A stretch of 61,231 nucleotides of DNA from a virus (lineage: Duplodnaviria > Caudoviricetes), in the IMG/VR virus record IMGVR_UViG_3300049222_000815, positions 1 to 61,231 of that record. The stretch is one strand, 5' to 3'. Positions 45,239 through 54,666 of the stretch are shown here, in pieces; position 1 is the first letter of the stretch, and each line of letters begins with the position of its first letter. The notes below the pieces were generated by a model. It was not told the DNA's origin and did not search any database. It saw only the letters and a list, made by a program, of their open reading frames with translations. Both the position numbers and the translations under genes were made by a program.

Positions 45239-46284
45239 TTTTTTAATTTCAAATAATCTGCGTCATACATTTTGTAAACCAAAGATTTAAAATCGCAAGC
45301 CCTCACCCAACCAATCTCTTTTTCGGCTAAAGATGAGTCACCACACAATTCATGAACTTCTGCTGGCCTATAAAAAGAAGGATCAACCTCAACAAGTGTT
45401 TTATTGTTTTCGTCTACAAATTTTTCAGACTCATTAGATCCAACGTTTAAATATTTAATTTTAGATCTATCTAAGGACATCTTTACAAAATCTCTAACAG
45501 TATGCATTTCTCCACTAGCTAAAACATAGTTTTTGGGAGATTTTTGGTTCAACATTAGCCAAACTCCAGACATAAAATCTTCTGCATCACTCCAGTCTCT
45601 TTGGGCGTCAAGGTTTCCTAATTTTAAGATTGGTATGTCTTTCCCGTTTTCTATAGCAATTTTAATACTAGCAATTCCATGACTAATTTTTCTAGTAACA
45701 AAATCCAAACCACGTCTTGAGCCTTCATGATTAAATAACCAACCTTGGACAGCATAAAGATTGTAGGATTCTCTGTATACTCTAACTATATGTCGAGCTG
45801 CACATTTTGCGGCTCCATATGGAGATTGCGGTCTTAGTGGATGTTGTTCATCTTGTGGGGAGTACTCCACATCACCAAATTCTTCCGAGGAGCCCGCATT
45901 ATAAAATCGACAATTAGGGGCAAACCTCCTTATGGATTCCAAAATATGAAGTACAGAATCTGCATCAGTACCCCAAGTTTGTATTGGATATTTCCAACTG
46001 CCAGCAACGAAAGATTGGGCTGCAAAATTAATAAAATAGTCGGGTTGAATATCAATAATGACATCTCTAATACTATGAGCATCATTTAAATCCATATCTA
46101 TAAGTTCGAATTTTTTTTCGTTTTTTAGATGTAAAATATTATCATGATTAGTCACACTAAGACGCCTAATCGCTCCATAGATTTTAAAGGATTCTTTTTT
46201 CTTGCTTAAAAAATTAAGTAAATAGTCACACATGTGACTGCCGTCTTGACCCGTGACACCAGTGACAACAATAGTTTTTGTCAT
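45235..46284 (-). CDS. gmd: GDP-mannose 4,6-dehydratase
   Basis: 'TGVTGQDGS', 'AAQSFV', 'PQSPYGAAK', 'FNHE', 'FVTRKI', 'YRPAEV'; start ATG 46284. Confidence 0.96.
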   Translation of the reverse strand: MTKTIVVTGVTGQDGSHMCDYLLNFLSKKKESFKIYGAIRRLSVTNHDNILHLKNEKKFELIDMDLNDAHSIRDVIIDIQPDYFINFAAQSFVAGSWKYPIQTWGTDADSVLHILESIRRFAPNCRFYNAGSSEEFGDVEYSPQDEQHPLRPQSPYGAAKCAARHIVRVYRESYNLYAVQGWLFNHEGSRRGLDFVTRKISHGIASIKIAIENGKDIPILKLGNLDAQRDWSDAEDFMSGVWLMLNQKSPKNYVLASGEMHTVRDFVKMSLDRSKIKYLNVGSNESEKFVDENNKTLVEVDPSFYRPAEVHELCGDSSLAEKEIGWVRACDFKSLVYKMYDADYLKLKK

Positions 46285-47204
46285 TATTTTTTCTTCTTGA
46301 GAATAGCGTCTTGAATTGGCTTGGGTAACTTTTTTTGACTTTCTGTTAAGCCGTTTTCTGCTGAAGAATATAATGTAGCTTTCATTTTCTTGTACTGCAT
46401 TGCACAAGTAGCATAAGTTTTATCCTTATCCATTCCAGCAGTATTCACTAAATCTTTATCATAAGAAGCACAATGGTTCATAAATGCTTTTTCAAGATAA
46501 TCTCCAGCATATGCCTGTGGGGAATTTTGATTACTTTCTGATTCATGTGTGTAACCAAGTTTTTTCATTTTTAAATGATCTTCATAAGAATTAGCCATAT
46601 ATTTTTTACCATTCTTGTCGTACATAGCGTGAGGCTTAAAATCTTCTTTGGAAAGGGCTTTAGATTTTTTCTTGGGTTCTTGGGCTTTTTTCCAAGCTTT
46701 AGGGTCTGGCCTATCTTTATCTCCAGGTTTTGCTGGTTTATAATTTTTACCTTCTCTTTTCTTTTTGTCTCTTATGTTTTCCCATAAACCTTTTTTAGCT
46801 TCAGACTCATCTAAAAATTCTACCATTTCATCTTCAGCTTCTTCTTCGCCCTTTGTGACTTTAGTTACACTTTTCTTTGACCACATTTTGCAAGACCAAT
46901 ATTTAGCTTTAGTTTTTGGTCCTGGATTATCGCAATTATGTCTAGCTCTAAAGGATTTACGACGAGCAGGATCATCTCTTTTAATTTCCATGTTTGGATC
47001 TCCGAAGTTGACTTTAACAACATTACCTTTTTCGTTTTTAACATAAACCGAAAACTTTTTGGGGCCACCTGGAGTCCTAAAAGGTTTATTTAAGCTCTTG
47101 CCTTTATTTTTTTCTTCAGCCCAAGCTTCTTCGGTTATAATTTCTTCATAACCTACTTCTTTAATAATTCTTGCAATAATTTGGTCGGTAAAATCTAATT
47201 CCAT
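46284..47204 (-). CDS. modular basic protein (DUF6321-like module plus small motifs), possible internal head protein
   Basis: 'LNKPFRTPGGPKKF.VYVK...FGDP...SFRARHNC...YWSCKMW', 'GLWENIR', 'FKPHAMYD...HLKMKKLGYTH'. Confidence 0.6.
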   Translation of the reverse strand: MELDFTDQIIARIIKEVGYEEIITEEAWAEEKNKGKSLNKPFRTPGGPKKFSVYVKNEKGNVVKVNFGDPNMEIKRDDPARRKSFRARHNCDNPGPKTKAKYWSCKMWSKKSVTKVTKGEEEAEDEMVEFLDESEAKKGLWENIRDKKKREGKNYKPAKPGDKDRPDPKAWKKAQEPKKKSKALSKEDFKPHAMYDKNGKKYMANSYEDHLKMKKLGYTHESESNQNSPQAYAGDYLEKAFMNHCASYDKDLVNTAGMDKDKTYATCAMQYKKMKATLYSSAENGLTESQKKLPKPIQDAILKKKK

Positions 47205-47226
47205 AACAAAGCATTATACACATTAT

Positions 47227-47637
47227 TTAAGGCATAAATCTATTTCTTTTGTATTTTTTTATACATTCAACGTAACTTTTGTCAATGTCTCCAATAAATC
47301 CATCTAAATCATCTATGAAAAACCATCCATATTCTGTATGTTCTGCGTTTAAAATAGGGAAAACAATATCTTCTAATTCTATCACATAAAAATGAATTGT
47401 AACATCTTTTTCGTAAATAATTTTGACAAATTTTAAATCTTCTATATTAAATTTTAATTGAGATTCTTCTTCTAACTCTCGAATCGCACAATGCATTGGG
47501 CTTTCATTTTTCTCGATAGATCCAGAAAATGTTGACCAGTAACCCCCAAATGGAATTGGTTGATCGTTCCATAATTCACATCTTTTAGCAAGCAAAACTG
47601 AATTTCCATGAACTAAAGCTACAGAAGAAACCCTCAT
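47227..47637 (-). CDS. NUDIX hydrolase
   Basis: Nudix box 'GSIEKNESPMHCAIRELEEES'; 'LNAEHTEYGW'. Confidence 0.88.
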   Translation of the reverse strand: MRVSSVALVHGNSVLLAKRCELWNDQPIPFGGYWSTFSGSIEKNESPMHCAIRELEEESQLKFNIEDLKFVKIIYEKDVTIHFYVIELEDIVFPILNAEHTEYGWFFIDDLDGFIGDIDKSYVECIKKYKRNRFMP

Positions 47638-50093
47638 TATTGACAAGATTCACAAATCTCTCCATTTTTCATGGCTTCAATACTGCAAGCAGAAGGCTGT
47701 GTGTCAGAATTGGAATCTCCAGTAGATTTTTCTACTTTTGATGCAGCTCTATTCCTAAGGTAGTATGTGGTTTTTAATCCTTGCTCCCAGCATGCCATAT
47801 AAATATCATTTAAATATTTTAATGATGTGGTTTTATTATATAAATTAAAACTAACAGCTTGATCAATCCATTTTTGTCGAACAGCGTTACTTTCAATTAA
47901 TTTAAACATATCTCTATCAAATGCAGTTTTGTATTTTTCTTTTATATCTTCTGGGATGTTGCCGTTAGCTAGAGATAGATCTCCATCTATACTTTTTACA
48001 AATGCAGCCAACTCAGCATTCCATAAGCCCAAGTTTTTCATGTCGTCTACGAAATGTTCATTAGTAATATAAAAATTGCCACTTTTGTTTTCGTACACAA
48101 AAAGAACAGAAAAGTTTGGCTCAATACTTTGCTCTACACCATTAATGTAACCTATTGTTGCGGTAGGAGCAATAGCCATTACGTTTGAATTCCTCATACC
48201 AAACTCATTAACGTGAGACCTAATTTTATTCCAGTCTTCGAAAGTTTGACCTTTGCCTGATTGTTTAGAAGTTTTCTGTTTGCCTCGATAAACCATTAAG
48301 TTATTGTAGGAGTCTATTGGAAATACTCCTTCACTCCATAACGAACCTTTATAAGTTTCGTATTTTCCGCGTTCGGCAGCCAGTAAAGAGCTGGCATAAA
48401 TTGCATGCATGGAATAAAACTCAAATAATTTATCATTAAATTTTATAGCTTCATCACTATCTATATGAATATTTAATTTATGCAATACATTGTGTATTGC
48501 CATCATACCTAAACCAATTGGTCTATGCTGTAAGTTTGAATTTCTAGCTTCCTGCGTTGGGTAGAAATTAATATCAATAACATTATCTAATATTCTAATA
48601 GCTGTATGAATAGTTTTTTCTAGCTTTATAAAATCTATATCTGATCCATCTTCATTAAGGTGATTAAGTAAGTTAATTGAACCTAAGTTGCAAACGGCAG
48701 TTTCTCCTATTTTAGTTTTTTGTCCGCTTTGATATGTTGACGATTTTGTATGTAAGGTTATCTCTGTACAAAGATTGCTACTGCGAACCACTCCTTCATG
48801 TTGATTAGTATATCGTATATTACAAGCATCTTTAAATGTATTCCATGGATGAGATGTTTCAAATAAAACTTTTAACATTTTTTTCCAAAGATCTTTTGCA
48901 GGTACTACTCTGTAATTTTTAATAAGACCTTCTTTCGCATTATTACATAATTCTGTATAGCGATCATCAAAATCTTTGCCAAAATAATCATGTAACGTTT
49001 TGCCATCTTCATCCATTGTATCTTTAGGGTCGAAGAAATACCAATCACCTTCACTTTGTACTCTACGCATGAATTCATCAGGAACCCAAGATGCTGTATT
49101 CATATCATGGCATCGAAGTCTATCGTCGCCAGTATTACGCCTAAGATTTAAAAAGTCTTCAAAGTCTAAATGCCAAGGTTCTAGATATGCACATCCAGCA
49201 CCTGGTCTTTTACCGCCTTGATTGACGGCAACTAATAAATCGTTATATATTTTAAGCCAAGGAATTAAGCCGCCAGAAATTCCGTTAGTACCTTCTATAT
49301 GTGAACCTGTAGATCGAAATGGTGTAACATCAAAACCTAATCCTCCAGCATATTTAGATTTTCGAGCTTCTTGCCAAGCTCCATCAAAAATACCATCAAT
49401 TGAGTCGTCAAAAGTATTTAAATAGCATGAGCTTAACTGAGAATGGGTAGTCCCACTATTAAAAAGAGTTGGGGTAGATGGTGTGTATAATTGTTTGCTA
49501 ATTAAATCATAAAATTCTATAGCTTTTTCATTTTTATTGACTTCATTTATAGATAACCCCATAGCTACACGCATCCAGAAAGATTGCGGCGTCTCCATAA
49601 TTTTTCCATCAAGTCTGATAAAGTATCTATCGTATAAAATTTGAACACCTAAATACTTTAAGCTCTTATCTCTCGTGATTTTAAGGGCTTCAGAAAGTAA
49701 TGGCAAATCAAAATCTAATAACCTTTTATCTATTTTGTTTTCCTTAACTAATTTTTTTGTATTTTGAATAAAAGATTTTCTATATTGTAATCTAAATGTA
49801 TCTGAGTCAACGCCTTCTTTGAAAACTTCTTTGTATAAATTATTTAATAATAAACCTGCTGCAGCAAAAGAATAATTTGGCTCTTTTTCTATTTTTTCTC
49901 TAGCTGATAATATCAAGGCCTGATCAATTTCTTTTGTTGTAATTTTATCAAAAAGTTGTAATTGGGCATCAAGAACAATTTCACTAGCAGATACGTCATC
50001 TATATTTTCACAAGCTCTTTGAGCGCTCGCATTTATCTTGTCTACATTGAAGTCTTCTAATCTGCCGTTTCTTTTTTTAATTTTGATGTTCAT
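47637..50093 (-). CDS. nrdA: ribonucleotide reductase large subunit with ATP cone
   Basis: 'IKKRNG', 'STPTLFN', 'LSSC', 'SNLCTEI', 'APTA', 'KTTYY', C-terminal CESCQ. Confidence 0.97.
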   Translation of the reverse strand: MNIKIKKRNGRLEDFNVDKINASAQRACENIDDVSASEIVLDAQLQLFDKITTKEIDQALILSAREKIEKEPNYSFAAAGLLLNNLYKEVFKEGVDSDTFRLQYRKSFIQNTKKLVKENKIDKRLLDFDLPLLSEALKITRDKSLKYLGVQILYDRYFIRLDGKIMETPQSFWMRVAMGLSINEVNKNEKAIEFYDLISKQLYTPSTPTLFNSGTTHSQLSSCYLNTFDDSIDGIFDGAWQEARKSKYAGGLGFDVTPFRSTGSHIEGTNGISGGLIPWLKIYNDLLVAVNQGGKRPGAGCAYLEPWHLDFEDFLNLRRNTGDDRLRCHDMNTASWVPDEFMRRVQSEGDWYFFDPKDTMDEDGKTLHDYFGKDFDDRYTELCNNAKEGLIKNYRVVPAKDLWKKMLKVLFETSHPWNTFKDACNIRYTNQHEGVVRSSNLCTEITLHTKSSTYQSGQKTKIGETAVCNLGSINLLNHLNEDGSDIDFIKLEKTIHTAIRILDNVIDINFYPTQEARNSNLQHRPIGLGMMAIHNVLHKLNIHIDSDEAIKFNDKLFEFYSMHAIYASSLLAAERGKYETYKGSLWSEGVFPIDSYNNLMVYRGKQKTSKQSGKGQTFEDWNKIRSHVNEFGMRNSNVMAIAPTATIGYINGVEQSIEPNFSVLFVYENKSGNFYITNEHFVDDMKNLGLWNAELAAFVKSIDGDLSLANGNIPEDIKEKYKTAFDRDMFKLIESNAVRQKWIDQAVSFNLYNKTTSLKYLNDIYMACWEQGLKTTYYLRNRAASKVEKSTGDSNSDTQPSACSIEAMKNGEICESCQ

Positions 50094-50257
50094 TACGATT
50101 AATTTTAAAATTTAGGGTTTAGTCTTTCAATAAATAATAAGAAAGAATTTGCATTGTACCAAAAATAATACACAATAGCAAGAATATAATTACAAGAGTT
50201 ATTAACAATTCAATTATATTAAATTTAAATTTAAGGAACTTTGTTATAGTATATTAA

Positions 50258-51004
50258 ATGAAAAACCTACTAGTTAGCTTGGCGATAGGGGAAAAGTACA
50301 TTAATGAGTATAATAATTTATTCTTCAAGAGCCAATTAAATTATGCAAGAAAACATTCTTATGATTTTAAGTTAGTTAAGGAAAGACCTGATGGAACAAT
50401 TAATCATCCAGATACAATATCTTTTGATAAGGCATTAGTGTTCTCGCAGGATTGGGTTATGGATTACGATAATGTTATTTTTATAGATGCTGATATATTC
50501 ATTAATCCTAATTCTCCGCCTATACATAAAGAAATAGCTGACACTAATAAAATTATGGTAGTAGATGAATACTCTCAGCCAACGCAACACGAGAGAATTA
50601 ATGTGCAAAAAAAAATGGGATGGGAAACTTCTGCTGTAGATTATTATGATTTAGCTGGATTTTCTATTCGAACAAACAAGATGATTAATAGCGGAGTAAT
50701 AATGATGAATCCGAATTTGCATGGAAAATTTATGAAGTCTATCCACTTTAAGTACCACTTAAGGTCTATCAATCACCCCAGAGGCTTTCATTTTGAGCAG
50801 TCAGCAATAGGATACGAAATACAAAAAGAAAATCTTGCGGATTACTTAGATAATAAATTTAATGCCGTGTGGGGAATTTATAAAATAAGTGATCCCGCTA
50901 TGAGTTTAAAAGATTTTGCAGAGAAAAATTATTTTATCCATCTAGCAGGGAAAGTAGATTTTGATAAAGTTAGTGAATTAAATTTACTATTTAATTTAAA
51001 CTAA
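50258..51004 (+). CDS. GT-A glycosyltransferase (GT8/GT34-like)
   Basis: 'YARKHSYDF', 'FIDADI', 'INSGV', 'EQ', 'YFIHLAG'. Confidence 0.75.
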   Translation: MKNLLVSLAIGEKYINEYNNLFFKSQLNYARKHSYDFKLVKERPDGTINHPDTISFDKALVFSQDWVMDYDNVIFIDADIFINPNSPPIHKEIADTNKIMVVDEYSQPTQHERINVQKKMGWETSAVDYYDLAGFSIRTNKMINSGVIMMNPNLHGKFMKSIHFKYHLRSINHPRGFHFEQSAIGYEIQKENLADYLDNKFNAVWGIYKISDPAMSLKDFAEKNYFIHLAGKVDFDKVSELNLLFNLN

Positions 51005-51725
51005 ACTCTCTGCGTAGAGAACCAGAAGGAATTAAAACATCTTTAATTTCTTGATGAAATTTTTTAAAATATTTTGGGCGAGTTGTATGGAAATCATACT
51101 TTCTGCATAAATTTTCTTCGTGATATACTCTTTTGTATAAAATATCTTTGTGTTGGTCTAAGAAGTAATCTTTACTTGAGCGACATAAGATTTCAGCTCT
51201 AGTCCAATATTCCGTATCTCCAGAAAATCTAGTATTATCATAATATCCTAGTAAGTCAAATGTTTTTCGGGGAAAAATAGCAATTCCTTCTGATGCATAT
51301 ATATCATATTTATTTGGATCTTCTTGTAGTGTTTGGGGTTCTCCTTTTTCATTAAAAGAAAGGTATGTAGTCTTTAACCCAATCAATCCTTTATCGCTAA
51401 AAGGTTGAATGATTTTATTAAATCTTTCAGGGTCGGAAGTATCATCAGAACCGTGAGCTGTGAAGAAATCCCAATCTGCATCTTTAAACTTATAAAGAGC
51501 ATGGTTTATAGTATAATAGCAACCCATGTTTTGAGGATTAGATAAAACTGTAACATTATCAAGATGATTATATTGTTTGCAGATCTCAAAAGATTTATCG
51601 GTAGATGCATCATCTATTAAAACTAGCTCAAAATTTTTGTAAGTTTGATTTAAAATGCTTTGTATAGCTTTGTCTAAATATTTTTCTCTATTGTAAGTTG
51701 GGATGATTGCTAATATTTTATTCAT
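50991..51725 (-). CDS. glycosyltransferase family 2
   Basis: 'IIPTYNRE...SILNQTY.NFELVLIDDASTD'. Confidence 0.88.
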   Translation of the reverse strand: MNKILAIIPTYNREKYLDKAIQSILNQTYKNFELVLIDDASTDKSFEICKQYNHLDNVTVLSNPQNMGCYYTINHALYKFKDADWDFFTAHGSDDTSDPERFNKIIQPFSDKGLIGLKTTYLSFNEKGEPQTLQEDPNKYDIYASEGIAIFPRKTFDLLGYYDNTRFSGDTEYWTRAEILCRSSKDYFLDQHKDILYKRVYHEENLCRKYDFHTTRPKYFKKFHQEIKDVLIPSGSLRREFSLN

Positions 51726-51726
51726 C

Positions 51727-52263
51727 TCACTTGGGTTCTCCTATTGGTCTTAATTTATAAATTCCCTTGTGAGTATGTTTCTTTTCTTCTTCTAAATTAA
51801 CAAAAGAAGGATACTCACTCCATTTGTGTAAAACTTCTAAATTGAATTTATTTGAAATTTCATTCTGGATAGTATCAGGGGATTGGATTAAATTTTCATA
51901 TTTGATAGCATAGTCAATATATGAAGAATAATTTTTTGCTTGATCCATGCATGCATCGTATCTAGATTCTTTAACCAATCCATTATCCGATTTAAGAACA
52001 TCTTTTTTATTTCTAGTTACATTTATGATATTAACATTTTTAATTAATTTTAATTGAGAATCAATTTGAGATTGAGGTAATTTATTTGAAAAAATTGAAT
52101 CAAATGATCTTTTTCCTACATCATATCCTGAATTAAGAAAATAAGATAGCCCAATTTCGTCTAGATTATATACTTTAAGATTAAAAGCATTAAATAAACG
52201 TCTTACTAAAGTAGTTCCTGTTTTAGCGCATCCAGTAATAAAAATTGGTTTAAATTGTTTCAT
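51727..52263 (-). CDS. sulfotransferase-like P-loop protein
   Basis: 5'-PSB-like 'IFITGCAKTGTTL', 'VTRNKKDVLKS', 'IKYENLIQSP'. Confidence 0.65.
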   Translation of the reverse strand: MKQFKPIFITGCAKTGTTLVRRLFNAFNLKVYNLDEIGLSYFLNSGYDVGKRSFDSIFSNKLPQSQIDSQLKLIKNVNIINVTRNKKDVLKSDNGLVKESRYDACMDQAKNYSSYIDYAIKYENLIQSPDTIQNEISNKFNLEVLHKWSEYPSFVNLEEEKKHTHKGIYKLRPIGEPK

Positions 52264-52867
52264 AAAATTTATTTTGATTTTCTTGTTTTTTTATACTTTT
52301 AATATGCAGTAACGCATACTCTGGTGTAGATGGTAGTCGGGAGCCTGAGTTAATGCCTTTGATTCTTTCGTGAACTTTGTTTTCCCATTTGATATTGAAA
52401 TTATTTTTAAATATTCTATATTGATAATCAGGCCAGTTAATCCAACCTTTTTCATTGCAAGTCCAGTTCCAGCGTTCTATGTGATCTTTAGTAAGGCCTT
52501 CAACAATATTAATTCTAGGAACGAGAAATAAATCTATATCTAAATTGGATTCAATCAATTTATGCAAATTTGATACAGTTTCTTCTGCAGGAATTTCATC
52601 AGCGTCTATTTGGAAAATGTAATCTCCTTTACAGATTTTTTTTAAATTGTTTTTAAACGAAGCAAAATCATTATTTAAATTAAATTTATTAATTTTTAAT
52701 TTGTTTTTCTTGATTACATTTAAAACTTTTTCGGTTACGGAATTAGAATCAACTTGTACTATAATTTCATCTTCCGATCTCTTGTATTTATTTACAAACT
52801 TAATTAGTTTATCAAGCTCTAAATGCTCGTTGCAAGCTGTTATGGCATATGAAATAGTAAAGTTCAT
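52250..52867 (-). CDS. glycosyltransferase family 2
   Basis: 'ITACNE', 'DFASFKN', 'FQIDADE', 'WPDYQYRIF', 'VHE'. Confidence 0.85.
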   Translation of the reverse strand: MNFTISYAITACNEHLELDKLIKFVNKYKRSEDEIIVQVDSNSVTEKVLNVIKKNKLKINKFNLNNDFASFKNNLKKICKGDYIFQIDADEIPAEETVSNLHKLIESNLDIDLFLVPRINIVEGLTKDHIERWNWTCNEKGWINWPDYQYRIFKNNFNIKWENKVHERIKGINSGSRLPSTPEYALLHIKSIKKQENQNKFYETI

Positions 52868-53625
52868 TCTTCTGAAAAAGGTATTTCTTTCTGTTTATTT
52901 AAATCTTTGATTTCTTGTTTGTGTTTTTCTGGATGAAGAGCAATGCAATCTTCTTTATACTTTGTAACTAAAATTCGAAAAATAGAATAACCATAAGATT
53001 TTAGTTTTTTGATAACTTGCTGATCATTTACACAATCTTCATGCCAAGCATAATTTTCAAAGAAAATAATTGGGAGGTTATTTTTAATAGTTTTTGTTGC
53101 ACCTTTTAAAAAATTAATTTCAAAACCTTCTATATCTAATTTAATAAAATCTACAGTATCAAAGGTAAAAGAATCAAGTTTTTTTGTTTCTATTGACCCT
53201 TCTCCTTTTCCCATTGGAACTATTTTTCTCCCACCCCAGTTAATTAAATCACTATTTTTTTCAGCACATTCAGAAAGTGCATTGAATTGCATCATCTCAT
53301 TTGTTTTACCGAGAGCTTCTCTAAACTGCAATACATTTGAGCTTAAGCTATTAAATAGTATGTTAGATGAAAGAATGTTGTATATATCTGGCTGGGGCTC
53401 AAACGCATACACTAACCCACTCTTACAGAGCCTAGCTATATTGACGGTATGCCATCCTATATTAGCTCCAACATCTATGCAGATAAAATCTTCTTTAATG
53501 AATTTACTATAAAGGTTTACTAGCCAAGGCTCCCATGTACCTGCCAGTTTTAGGTTATTGGATATGGAATCTTTATCAATTAATACGAATTGACCACCTT
53601 GGGTTTGATGCATGTATAAGTTCAT
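52864..53625 (-). CDS. FkbM-family methyltransferase
   Basis: 'IDVGANIG', 'AFEP', 'IKLDIEGFE'. Confidence 0.92.
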   Translation of the reverse strand: MNLYMHQTQGGQFVLIDKDSISNNLKLAGTWEPWLVNLYSKFIKEDFICIDVGANIGWHTVNIARLCKSGLVYAFEPQPDIYNILSSNILFNSLSSNVLQFREALGKTNEMMQFNALSECAEKNSDLINWGGRKIVPMGKGEGSIETKKLDSFTFDTVDFIKLDIEGFEINFLKGATKTIKNNLPIIFFENYAWHEDCVNDQQVIKKLKSYGYSIFRILVTKYKEDCIALHPEKHKQEIKDLNKQKEIPFSEE

Positions 53626-53632
53626 TTAGGTA

Positions 53633-54484
53633 TTATATGTGACGACTTTGTGTTTTCAATAAAAACCGATTCCATTTACTTTCAAGCATTTTGTTTTGAT
53701 ATTCTATAACTTTTTTTTCGTGCTGCCAAGAGGATTGTTCTACTTGCACTTGAGGCTTGATTGAGGGTATGAAATATATAGGAGCCAGCTCTCGTAATTT
53801 GTCGCAAAAATACCAATGCTCAAGTTGACCATTTGAGAACCACTCAACCTTGTTAAAATAATCACTTTTAATAAAAACAAAACCACCAAAAGATCTAAAT
53901 ACATCAATGGGTTTATTATTTTTAAATAAATCTCTATCTTGAGATCTGTAGAAAGGATTGGAGCTCCATGTCATACACTGATTTTTATCATGATCAACCA
54001 GGCTCCAGCTATCGTAATAAGAGGTATCATCGCTAGAACCCATTTTGCATGGAACGTTTTGCCTGACATTTGGGGTTAGCATTGAAAAATTTAAATTTAA
54101 ATATTTAAAATATTCATTAATTATATTTGGATCAAATTTTACATCACTATCAAAAACAACCGTATAATCTGAATCAACGGGCTTACCTAAATCTGCCATT
54201 TTATTTCTAATTCTTGCCATTTTTATTACTCTAGAAGGTTCCATTGTAGAGCCATAGGATTTCTCATTAGCATTTTCTGATTTACATATTCCCTTTTTAT
54301 CTTTAATCCATTCTTTTAAAATGGAAGAGGTTTGATCTTTAGAATCATTTTCATAAAAAAAATATTCAAAATCGGCATTTGTAATTTTAGCCATTTGATC
54401 TAATCTATTTAGACAATCATGGATATAATCCTCTGAATCTCTAAATAAGCTAAAAACTGAAATTCGGCATTTTTTTGTTGACAT
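53633..54484 (-). CDS. GT-A glycosyltransferase (Anp1/CAP59-like)
   Basis: 'LFRDSE', 'YENDSKD.T', 'MARIRN', 'FDSDV', 'YYDSW', 'SFGG', 'EH'. Confidence 0.65.
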   Translation of the reverse strand: MSTKKCRISVFSLFRDSEDYIHDCLNRLDQMAKITNADFEYFFYENDSKDQTSSILKEWIKDKKGICKSENANEKSYGSTMEPSRVIKMARIRNKMADLGKPVDSDYTVVFDSDVKFDPNIINEYFKYLNLNFSMLTPNVRQNVPCKMGSSDDTSYYDSWSLVDHDKNQCMTWSSNPFYRSQDRDLFKNNKPIDVFRSFGGFVFIKSDYFNKVEWFSNGQLEHWYFCDKLRELAPIYFIPSIKPQVQVEQSSWQHEKKVIEYQNKMLESKWNRFLLKTQSRHI

Positions 54485-54630
54485 AATCTATTTTCTATAT
54501 ATAATCTATGGTAATTTATTACTTAAGGTATATATAGTCTATTCTTAATATTATTAATTATATATATATAATCTATTAAAATACGAAGTATTTTATTTCA
54601 AATCTATCTTAAAAAAATAAAATTTAAATC
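54485..54630. other. extremely AT-rich divergent intergenic region with A(A/G)TCTAT repeats
   Basis: AATCTAT at 54485, 54503, 54570, 54601 and AGTCTAT at 54536; (TA)n tracts; coding-strand switch. Confidence 0.55.
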
Positions 54631-54664
54631 TTGACTAAGTTATTAAAATTTGCTATGATAGCAA
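54631..54664 (+). promoter_or_regulatory. sigma70 promoter, -10 within an inverted repeat, leaderless
   Basis: TTGACT-N17-TATGAT; inverted repeat TTGCTA-N3-TAGCAA; ATG 7 nt after the -10. Confidence 0.82.
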
Positions 54665-54666
54665 TC

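Noticed and set aside
39378-46284. Cellular LPS/capsule locus
   Set aside because: No wzx, wzy, wzz, ABC exporter or priming transferase; genes are interspersed with phage-type orphans and replication genes
46285-46407. N-terminal extension of gmd in the track
   Set aside because: Overlaps the upstream gene; the Rossmann motif begins right after the coupled ATG at 46284
16182-50093. Inteins or introns in dnaE, dnaB, recA, nrdA, nrdB
   Set aside because: Normal lengths with no splice-junction or LAGLIDADG motifs visible
50094-50257. NrdR boxes or a riboswitch in the nrdA leader
   Set aside because: No convincing tandem NrdR palindromes or stable structure seen by eye
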